Shown here piece after piece: positions 53,606 through 64,000 of a DNA stretch of 64,000 bases (position 1 is its first letter; the number at the start of each line of letters is the position of its first letter). The stretch lies in contig CM052816.1 in the NCBI GenBank assembly GCA_028534125.1, forward strand, positions 27,964,001 to 28,028,000, read 5' to 3'. Under the pieces are notes generated by a model that was not told the DNA's origin, searched no databases, and worked only from the letters and a program-made list of their open reading frames with translations. Source of the DNA: Lama glama (taxonomy: Eukaryota). A program made the translations under genes and the position numbers.

Positions 53606-53892
53606 CAGTCAACCCTCAGTGTCCGTGGAAGACTGGTTCCAGTAGCCATAGTGTATATCAAAATCTGTGGCTGCTCAAGACCCTTATATAAAATGGCACA
53701 GTACTGTTGACCCTCCATATCCACAAGTTTTCGGTTTTGCATCCACTGGATTCAACCATTCAGGGACGGAAATTTTGATCAGTGGCTGATTGCATCCTTA
53801 GAAGTGAAATCCATCAACATGGAAGTCTGACGTGAAAAAATGTGCATAAGTGAACGCGTACAATTCAAACCATATTGTTCAAAGGTCAACTG
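53606..53892. mobile_element. MER2/MER2B-like Tigger (Tc1-mariner) non-autonomous element
   Basis: TA-CAGTCAACCCT ... AAGGTCAACTG-TA: imperfect terminal inverted repeats with TA TSD; internal GCTCAAGACCCTTATATAAAATGGC. Confidence 0.85.
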
Positions 53893-54869
53893 TACTTTTG
53901 AGACCCATTGGCTACAAAAACAGAGCTAAAGTAAATATAAAAATGAAAAAAAATATATAAAAGCTATTACTGGGATAATATACAAAATAAATTAGCCATT
54001 ATTAGGAAATGAACTGAAAATACAACATTGTAGGCAGACCTGAAGCTACTGGATTGGACTGATGTGCCTCAGGTCTGCATGCCATCAGCAGATACCCTTG
54101 CAGAGTAAAGATCAGAAGGAATTGCCAAGGAGGCTGGGGAATACATCCAGCCTGAAAGTTTGAAGCCAGTATCAGGAGGAGAATCAGCCCTGCTTAAAAG
54201 AGAGGCTAAAAATACAATGACATAAACTTTTAAAAAAAATCAGTATCAAATAACTGCATGAACATCAGGGTATTGAGGACAGTTAGGGAAAAGCTAGGCT
54301 TTTTTTTTTTTCAGAACTAACATCTAAGCTAAAATCTTGAGTCGTTCTTCACTGTATCTATGAAAGCCTTCAGCAAATGAGCAGTAACTGCAAAAACACT
54401 AAACCAAGTGCTGTTGCTGTTGTCAATATGAAAAGTAAATCAAGTCACTTTAAAAGGCTTGACTGCACTGGAAAGAAAGTTCTGTTAAAGGAAGACAATT
54501 TTTTATCAGTTCCTCAGGATACTAAGTTCATTTTGCTAAATTCATCAATTGACTGCTGTAGAATACAGAAGACAAAATAGTTTATTACATATCCTGTTAG
54601 GCCAAGGGTGAATAAAATATTTAGATTTCGTTTTGGAGGCACTGGAGAAATTGCATAAGGTCAGTAAGATTCAAAATGAAGGCTCACAACCTCTGGGCAT
54701 TTGAAGCTCCTGGTGATTACACATTACTACACACTATTCTAGGCTTTCCCCCTTACCCTTCTATTTTCTATTTCTCCCAATGTATTTCTATTTTCTCAAG
54801 TCACTTTCTCATTTCTACTCTTCTTCGGTATCTCCTCCCACAAGGGGTGATGATTCCAATTATGCTGCG

Positions 54870-55095
54870 GACCCACCCTCTCCTCCTCCTGCCTAAATGA
54901 TCTTTTACTTCTTACCTACTTTCTACCTCTATTGTCAATAGGCAGAGATCTCTACTATCTTAAAACAACGAAATGAAAACTTCTACTGTCTTCACTTTGT
55001 TTTTCTCATTTCCTTCACAATGTTTCAAAATAATAATCTAAACTCATCATCTCCAGATCCTCACCTCAGACTCTCAAGCTGGTGATAGTCTGGGT
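54870..55095 (+). mobile_element. L2 fragment
   Basis: Pyrimidine-rich decayed L2 ORF2-like sequence. Confidence 0.4.
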
Positions 55096-56669
55096 ATCTT
55101 AGAATCCTTGATGTGCTTCTGCCAACTTGGCCAGATGTTGCAAAGGTGAGGTTGCCACAAGGACTATCCTTCATAGCTGTTAAAGCTTCATACTGGGTCA
55201 TGTCAATGTAATTCTGTGCCCCTTCTGGATGAAACACCTGCTTCCATCATATTTTCATATAATAATGTGAAATTTATGTACATATCTATCTACGTGCTGG
55301 TATACCTTCACTAATGACTGTCATTTAGACTTACTTCGGAACACTTTGTGACATAAACAAAATTATTTGAGATGCACAACAGAACAAAAAGGAAATAACA
55401 TCCGGACTCTCCAATGGTGTACATTTTTTAAATACTATGAGGCTTTTGAGTGCTATGTGAAACTAGAATCACCCCCCTCAAAGACTCCTTAGCTAAAACA
55501 ATTCAAAATGTGAGGAATCTAGTATTTCCTTACTATGTATCCACTAAAGCTCATCGCACATTTTGTCCCTCTACACTTACTGTTTCTTCCCCTGAAGGGT
55601 TCATAACTACTTTAATATCCCTTAAAACTATAAACTTCTAATAAAAAGGACCCCAAATTTTCCTAATTGAAAACCTTTAAACCCAAATTGTGTTTAATTT
55701 TTTGTACGAGGGTTAAGGCCTTCCTTGGTCCTAGGAGAGAAATAGGAAATTTGTTGAAGAATTCAGTTTTGCCCTGAACATATACCCTCCAGGCCTCCTT
55801 TTCCTCTTCAAATCAATCAGTTTTTTAAAATGTGTTCAGAAAAAGAAAATCCTGTCAGCATTATATATAAGAAGGTCACCAAAAGTGTCATTGTTCCATC
55901 CCATCCAAAAAGACAAAAGAAACTGGAAACCTTTGACAGATTATGAAGAAGCTTCATGGGGGACAGTGACACTTAATTTCCAATGATACAGTAAAACTGC
56001 AAGGAGACTAGCAGGAACCATCTTTACCAAAAGCAGCTCAAAAATAACCTTTTAATAGAACAGGGCCTATCTGTCCGACACAGTTTCTTCCACTGTCCCT
56101 TTACTATTCCCTCAGAATTACAACTAACATCTTGCAGACCTTCCTTCTGACTCAACTACTGATTCTAACACTCTTTGTATCTGGCCCTAGGCACCTAGCA
56201 TTTACACTCTTTTTTTGGCCTATTTCTTTTTGTTTCTCTCTCTCAAAAACTGTGGAGATGAATTCACCAAAAGCCTTTCTCTCTCATGATGTGTGTGCTC
56301 AAGTTATAGTCCAGATCGAATACAATGTGAGATTTGACAGAAAGAGCAAACGTTAAACTTCAGTGATTAGGATATGTTGGTACCTTGTTTCATCTTGCAA
56401 AAAGCTATAGTTTAAAGAAAAAGTTTTCATTGTGAGTTTCGTGATGACTTTTATTACTAGTTTTAAAAAGCCCAGAAATATTTGGCTTTTAAAGCTATGA
56501 GATAATTTTTTAAATTTTTAAAATTTGGTTTATAAATACAAAGGTTTATAAGCTGTATTAGAAAAGAAGCGCATGTGATAGTCCTGATAAATAGGTAATT
56601 CCTCAAATGAGAATGAATTAGTAACTTTGATTTTAAAACCATATATATGGTAAGTAAGCTACTCCTGCA

Positions 56670-57230
56670 GCACCTCTCACAGCAGACAGCTGCAAGCTCT
56701 AGGCAGCATACAAAAGTTAGCTTCTAAATACACTGAAGAGAGACCAGAAGCAGGTGATTCTGGAACAGGGCTGATATTTGGAGGAGGAACATGGCAGTGG
56801 GTGGATTTTGCATTTGTGCCTTCTAGATTGAAGCCAGGCCACTTTTGGATTGAGGCCACCAGATCTCAGTTGGACAATGAGGGACTGCTAAAATTCTAAC
56901 TGGCCTGAAGGAATGAAGAGAATACAACACAATCAAACTTCTTGAAGAGGTAGGAAGAATCAAAGAGATTAGAACTAGAGAGGTGGTGTGACAAGTCCAC
57001 ATATAAACTCCTCCTTAATCTCTAAGCATATCAGAGTCATGCATTAGTTGGTAAAACCTCTATGCAGCCCAGCTAGAGCCAAACAAAACTGAGATTTAAA
57101 CTCACATCCAACTGCCAGAGTTTACAGTTTGAGTCCAACAAATTTAATACCTGCCTGCTGAAATAAAGAAGTCAACCTCTTCTAAGGAACACAGCAGAAT
57201 CTAGATCACAGTATGCCATTTACATTATAT
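56670..57230 (+). mobile_element. Old L1M 5'/ORF1-region remnant
   Basis: AAACTGAGATTTAAACT...TTTACAGTTTGAGTCCAACAAATTTAATACCTGC resembles old L1MC/ME 5' regions. Confidence 0.45.
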
Positions 57231-57916
57231 TTCTATATAATTAAAGATATCTTCTTACCCCAGGGCCCTGATTTTGGTCAACTGACTAGTATACACTCCA
57301 TGTCAATTTACTAACATGTATTAATGAGGTGTGTTCACAAACAAAGCTTTAACTCAAAGGAAGATTATTATTATTTAAACACTGGAAGATTCAGAGAAAA
57401 CCGGAGAACATTATTTCGGGGTGGGCAGAGGTCTTTATCTTTAAAAACTTCTTTCAAAAACAACAAAGAGTTAGCTTTTTCCCACAAAAAAAATTTGGCC
57501 ATGTTTATACTCTATAAAATGTTCTGTGATGCCCTTTTCCATAAATATGTATATCTCTTAACTTAAAGGACTGGAACTCTGTGGTATTTTAGTATTTTTT
57601 CCCAAAATTTGGTTTCTCATATAGTAGTACTACAGATTGTGTTCCTCGTGAATTTACATCTTCATCTGCGATAAAAATAATAATCCAACAAGAAAATTTC
57701 GACAAGTAGAGAACATCTGTAATGCTATGAAAGATCAGGTTCCCTTATTTCCCTATGACACAAGTAATTAGTCTTATTAGCTTATAGCTGATTGTAAGTA
57801 ATAATTCACTGAAAATTACATGTTCTTTGTGGGAAAAACTGGTACATTCAATTAGAGCTATTTTCTTAAGTAAAAGCATTCCAGAAGTCAAATATATTTA
57901 TCTTTCTGATGTTAGA

Positions 57917-58115
57917 ATTTCAGAGAAATACTGATAAATCAATTAATATATCTGAACAAAATGGGAACTAACTGCCATAGGTAGTTTCCTGCAACCAATC
58001 AACTATTCACTTAGACAGTTAGACAACATGTATGAGTCAACTAGTAACTGGGAGCTGAGTGCAGCCTGCTCAGAGGCACCTGACTCTCCCTCTAAGTCTT
58101 CCTGCCCTGAGCAGG
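57917..58115 (+). repeat. 199-bp dispersed direct duplication, copy 1
   Basis: Ungapped match to 60956-61154, 13 mismatches by manual count. Confidence 0.95.
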
Positions 58116-59269
58116 GTAAACATGAATAAATATTAAAAATAATTTTTAAACATAGGCAGAGTCATATCATAATTACTGTCAATTTTACAAATAGAATTTA
58201 GAAAATATGATTAGTGAAAAGCTTATCATGGTATGCTTCAGTGTAAACGAAAGCTAAAGTTAAAAAATGATCAGTGTAAGAGTCCAGAATGTAAGATTTC
58301 TGATGGAGATATGAAGAAATTGAAACGGGAAAGATTTAACTTATGAGGAGACCGAAGGTAAGCAAGAACAGAAATTTATGAATTATTAAAGGTAATAAAC
58401 TGACTAGAGTGCCAAAAGAAAAAGTATGTTTGTTAAGTACCATATCTAATAGCTTAATGATGTAAATTATCATACCAGTTGAGTAAAATCACTACAAAGA
58501 GACCTGAAAATATCAATTAGTTATTTACAGATATGACAGGGACATGCAGACATACATATCATGGCACCCTGATTCCCATGATAATTCTTTCTTGACTGAG
58601 AGCAAACTCTGATTTGCAAAAGCATACTCTATTAAGTCTGAGTAAATACTAAAAGAGATCTAAGTCATCCACCTCAAAACATATTCTTTCATGACATAAT
58701 TAACATTTTGCTAATATAATAGTGTTACAGAAGGTAAGACATCTTACAGTTAAAGTGTAGTTTGTAGGATGAACCCTGTGTATTTCCCTGCAACTTTAAA
58801 TTATTGCAGGAAATAGTGACTCAAAGTATTTAATAAAAATAGTGAAATAACTAAGCAACACCTGTAAACAACTGATAATTTAAAAGACACAAAGACAGAA
58901 TTTTAGATATCATTATACAGTTTCATTAATTAAGATGGGAATTTTGGAAATTAATTTTCCCATCTCCAGATAGTATCTTAAGAATATTAAAATTATATGC
59001 TAAAATATAGTTCCTATTTCTCTAGTATAAATTAAAGGCAATAAAATCCCTTTAAACATTTATGCTTTAAAACATATAAATCATTAAAATAATTTCAGAA
59101 CTGTATAGTTCTTATTCTCTAGAAATTCATCTTGTGCATAGTTACAGAATTTTATTTTAAAGAAAGCATCCATTTAGAGTCCCATTGGTTATGCACTGAC
59201 CTTGATTCACTAGGGATTAAATGATTAATACAGAGTTACGTAGTTCAAGTATATCTTATCTAACAGACC

Positions 59270-59860
59270 TCTTAACATTGGAGTGTCCCAGAACTCATTT
59301 CTTAGTCCTCTATTTTATTTAAACTTAATCCCTTAATTTTCTCTTCCAGTTTTAATACCGTCTATCTGATGACTACTAAAAATATATGTAACTGTTGTAT
59401 AAATCTTTCTGATGAACTCTAGACTCAGATACACCTGCCTGTTCAACATCTCCACTTGAATGCTGACTAGATACCTCAAGCGTAACCTGTTCAGAATCTC
59501 CCCACTCTCAACTGATGGTGGCCTCATCCTTCCTTTCTTTTCTAAACATCAAAAACCTGGTGTTTATACTTCACCTGCTTCCTTCTCTCACTTCACGATT
59601 AGTGAGGGAGGAAATCCTGTGGGCACTAGCTTTGAAATACATCCAGAATCTAACCATCTCTCTGACTTCATTCACTGTTACAATCTGGTTTTGAAAAGAC
59701 CTTCATTTTTCTTACTGCAATTAACTCCTTATAATTTTTCCTACTTACACTCATTTCCCTGCTACAGAATATTTTTAAGATCAAATGTACACAAACTGCT
59801 GCTTCCTAACAGTATTTCAGTCCTCATTGTCTCTGGCCTCACTCAAAGCATCACAGTATA
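59270..59860 (+). mobile_element. L2 fragment
   Basis: CATTGGAGTGTCCCAGAACTC; CTGCCTGTTCAACATCTCCACTTGAATG; ACATCCAGAATCTAACCATCTCT. Confidence 0.8.
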
Positions 59861-60955
59861 TGTTAAGAGTTAAAAAGAAAGAACATAAGCTCATACAGAT
59901 GTCTCAGACATTTTTTTAAAAGCAGTGTATTTGAACATTTGTGCTAAAATAATAAAGACAATAACAATAATTCTGACTTATCCAGTTAGCTCCCTGACTC
60001 TGCCTAAACCGATCTCAATAAGAAATGAAGTGCATTTTAGATGAAGATAGTCAATATACTGGGAGTGCTGACTTTTCTGCCCTGTTTAGAGAACAATGTC
60101 CTGAGGAACTGGGCAAAGAATTCGTGAGTTTTCATGGGAGTAGGGATTGTTTAGCGACTAAAATACTTCTCAGGCTGTGGACTTAGGAATGTTAGTGATA
60201 AGGACCAGCCCCAGCAACAGAGTCTGGATCTACATGTGTTTTTACATGGAACAAATCTGACGGCAGATTTTTAAAACACTGAGTGAATCTAAACGTATGC
60301 CATTTATACAATATTTATTCCTACCATTTCAGTACCCTTAAGTCCTCTGGCTCATAAAAATGTCCCTAAAATAAGGCCTCACCTTTCAGCAACCTAAACC
60401 ATTTGACTCTCCATAAGCATTTCAGGAGCAACATCATTTCATTGCAGTCATAAAACAAACCACCCAAGGATAGGTTGTAACAGAAACTAGAATATTTTCA
60501 TTGTACTTAACTACATACACAGGGAACTCAGAGAAAGTACCTGTCAAAAATATAGACATGATTTATTGAAGTCCACCTAAGGTGGCTATCCATAAATCAG
60601 TATCAAATTATTACAGTCCACAAAAAAGGTGTGTTTACATTATATAACATGTAATCATTAACAAAATATTGAAAACTGAACAGCTTTATATCAGGAGGTC
60701 CAGAGAAGAGAAATGTTACGAGATCCCTGAGGACCTCATGCATCCTCAATTAGCCTACGGGGGGGTCCTGTCCGTTAGAGGAGAGGAAGAGACACCTCTG
60801 CTTTTTCCACATGACTTTGTCCCCATCATCATGGGTATTTGCCTCAAATATTTTGGGAACTTTACAGATGAGAGCTCAGAACTATTGCTCACTCCTCTTT
60901 TAAACAAAGAGAGCTCTATGCATTATCCCAACATCTCAATTTAAGTGATTCTCTG

Positions 60956-61154
60956 ATTTCAGAGAGATACTGATAAATAAATTGATATATCTGAACAAAA
61001 TGGAAACTAAATGCCAGAGGTAGTTTCCTGCAACCAATCAACTATTCACTTAGACAGTTAGACAACATGTATGAATCAACTAGTAACTAGGAGCCGAGTG
61101 CAGCCTGCTCAAAGGCACCTGACTCTCCCTTTAAGTATTCCTGCCCCGAGCAGG
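60956..61154 (+). repeat. 199-bp dispersed direct duplication, copy 2
   Basis: Ungapped match to 57917-58115. Confidence 0.95.
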
Positions 61155-61214
61155 ATGTGGAGCCTCCTCAAGGTCAGAAGAAAGAAAAGAGCCCTCAAAA
61201 CCAAGTATTTGCCA

Positions 61215-61745
61215 TTCCCCTGCTCAAAATCATCCATTGGCTTCCTGTGCCATTTAGAAAACAATCCTTACCCTCTTCTAAGTTAGACAGCCTTGCAAAG
61301 CGTCAATTAAAGCCAAACCTGCCTTCTTGGCTTTTTTTCATATGGGAAATCTGCAAGCTCAGTTCCTCCCTAGAACTTTGCACTTGTCCCCACCCTTGCT
61401 TGGAGGAAGGCTTTTCCTTCAGATTCCTTTATGTGTCTCCTTCATTTCATTCATGTGTATAACCAAACACTGCTTTCTCAGAGAAGCCTTCTCTGACCGT
61501 CTTCTTTACAGTAGCCCCTCTCCTCACCAATGTCACTTTCTACTTCCTAGTGCTTTATCTACCTGTAACTTAAACTTTAGTCAAAGCAATCATTCTTCTT
61601 TAATATTAGATTCACTATACAGTTGTCTGTTGTCTGTCCTTGACTTAGAATGTAAATCTAGGGCAAAGGTTCCTGATGGTTCTATATTCCAGGCATCAAG
61701 AACAATGACAGATAGCAGAGATTTAATAATATTTTTAAATTAACT
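61215..61745 (+). mobile_element. L2 3' fragment
   Basis: CCCCTGCTCAAAATCATCCATTGGCTTCC; TTAGAATGTAAATCTAGGG; TTTAATAATATTTTTAAAT. Confidence 0.75.
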
Positions 61746-63924
61746 GTTTAAAGGTATCTTGAAAAAGTATGAGGGCTTGTTTTTCTCCATTTACCTTATA
61801 ACTCTTGTATATAGCCTAACCTATTTTAAATTTCATGTTCTATGAGATGTGACTGCTTTCTGAAATTTCCATTTGTTTACAAAATATTCTGGAGAATAGA
61901 CAAGTCTGTCCATTATTAGCCCAGGGCCATCTTCCTCTGGATGTGACTTCCTATTAAGAAATCAACTGCAATAAAAGATACTATAACTTCTCAAATTATT
62001 TTTGATAGTTTTGCAAAATTGAAATGTTAAAATTACAGGCAGGAATGCAGATAAAAAACTAAACTACAAACAATTTTTGATGAAAATGAAGTAGACAACA
62101 ACCTGATATGCCAATTATTAACACAGCCCATCTTCAAATTGCTGTTTTTACGGTACCACCTTGTTATCAAAATCAACAGAGTTACCTACTAAGTGTTTTT
62201 AGGCTTAAGACACACTGCTAGTCATCATGTGAATGAACAAGCTTAACACGTTGCAGTTAAATCATGAGTATGAGACAGATTAAAACACTGAAAATACAGA
62301 AATTTCAAACATACGTAACTGGAAAAATATGCTACTATAGGGTGAGGAGACAGAAAATCACTGTAGACTGAGATGGTCAATTAGAAGCGGAGTAAGAAGC
62401 AAATTGAAGATCATCTGTGATTTAGGAAATAGATAAAAGAATGCTTCGATGAGGAGAAAAGGGTAGGGAAGACCATGTTCAGAGGTTCTGACATCAGCAA
62501 GAATACAGAGCCCCGTAACAAAGGGGAGTGTTTCTGCAGGATGAAAGGAAGAGATAAATCTTCAAAGGACAGTTGGCCACACTGCTGAAGTGGCCAGTAC
62601 AAAGTTATGCATCAAAAAACATTTTTGAAAAATGTTCTAAAAGTGGAACTACCAGTACTATTTAATCTTGCATGAAAAGAAATAAATTTCTTTATAGATT
62701 TTCTTATACAATTAATTTAGTTTTCTTAGCATTTGAATATATATTTTCACCTCTGACAGAAACTTCCTTCATTAAAAATATTTAACATATTTGAAGAAAA
62801 TGTTTGTGCTTTTCTTATCATGGACTTCCTAATTTTCAGGCAAAATTAGCATAATGAAACAACTAGTTTATGAATTACTTTGTTTTAGTCATAGTTAGAA
62901 AAATTTTTAAATTTTAGTAAGTATATTTTCAAAAACGTTCCCAAAGTCATCATGTTTTCAGCAAGGAAAAGAAAAATATTCCTTCCAGTGTAAAATATTC
63001 TTGGCATAGTATGTTATTTGTAGGGTTGAGACTGTTCTCCAACATCAAACACAACAATATTCCAGAGGCAGAATTCTGTTATCTTATCATTAGCATCAGA
63101 CAAACTGAAATCTAATCCGATGACTGAACGCCACATCAAGACTTGGCTACCATTTTTAAAACCTAGTGGTTTAGGATCCATACTTAGCTGAACTCATATT
63201 CCCGGCTGATGCACACCAAGGCATAACTCTAAAATATTTCATTTAAACCTACTAACTTCATCACATTCAATTTTACGAAGATCTATTTTCAAATTCTTAA
63301 TATTAGTAGACATTCAACTCTTGTATTACACTAAAAGAAAAAATAATTCTGATATTCATAATATTAGTTAGCAGTGTTAAGACTGGGATTCCTGATTTGC
63401 ACAAAAGCTGACGTCTCTAGGAAAGTGCATTCTTAATGAGAATGCTTACAGTACCTTGATTATAGTTTCAACAGCAAAATACACACCACATATCACACTG
63501 TGTGACATATTATTAAAATAGATTATGGGTGTCAGTATAAAAATTATGTATATCTTCTAAATACTATAGCCTTTACTCACGGGAGCATATGAAATGGTGA
63601 TAACTAATCCAGGGAAAATATTTGTGCATTTCTAAATGCAAACACTAAAAACGCTAGGATAGTCCCATCTTCTCTTTGGAGAGTGCTTATCACTTAGTAT
63701 AAAGATTAAACGTTTTATAAATATATTCAAAGTGATGTGTGAACAGAGATTTGGAGATTTAGAAGTAGAGACGATAACTTACAGAGTTAACGGAGAAAAA
63801 GATTTGTGGAACAATTGGATTAGGTGTATTTAGAAGTAAGAGCAGGCAGAGATGAAGGGTAAAAATGATTTTTTTTTTTACACAGACAGAATGGAAGCAA
63901 AGAATAAAGTCACAGAGAACACCT

Positions 63925-64000
63925 CATTCATTCACTTGCTTATTCAAATATTTCTGAGTGTGATGTGCTATGTGCCAGCCACAGTGACATGGAGAGAACA
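63925..64000 (-). mobile_element. L2 3' end
   Basis: TCATTCATTCACTTGCTTATTCAAATATTTCTGAGTG...CTATGTGCCAG. Confidence 0.7.

Noticed and set aside
57589..57666. Minus-strand acceptor followed by EDVNSRGTQSVVLLYEKPNFGKKY*, faintly like a beta/gamma-crystallin motif
   Set aside because: Very short, stops immediately, no good donor and no supporting exons; likely chance.
57917..61154. The 199-bp direct repeats as paired LTRs of a 3.2-kb retroelement
   Set aside because: No TG..CA ends, primer-binding site, polypurine tract or flanking TSD; the interior contains an ancient L2.
59460..61743. ORFs of 137, 101 and 138 aa
   Set aside because: They lie in decayed L2 sequence or the duplication; low-complexity Leu/Ser/Phe-rich translations.

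Overview
AT-rich eutherian genomic DNA, intergenic or deep intronic, with a 500-N assembly gap at 19601-20100. I found no intact protein-coding gene or RNA gene that I can support. Roughly half the window is recognisable transposable-element debris: L1 of several ages, MaLR/MLT1 and ERV LTRs, L2, MIR, a CR1/L3 remnant, and MER63-like and MER2/Tigger-like DNA elements. The L1 3' tails look laurasiatherian/cetartiodactyl. The youngest tail resembles what I recall of camelid L1s, and I saw no Alu, Bov-tA or PRE1-type SINEs; this taxonomic call is tentative. The one gene-derived sequence is a 5'-truncated, frameshifted processed pseudogene of esterase D (ESD) on the minus strand (4674-5247). Structurally notable features are: a probably full-length young L1 with a CpG-rich 5'UTR and 17-bp TSD whose body lies in the gap; a nested MLT1 > L1 > young L1-tail insertion; internally deleted L1s; several near-perfect short tandem duplications; a 199-bp non-tandem direct duplication 3039 bp apart; and one orphan exon-like ORF (34749-35037, minus). 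I found no convincing evidence for a previously undescribed biological system. Repeat family names come from remembered consensus features, boundaries are approximate, and both need RepeatMasker/Dfam confirmation.
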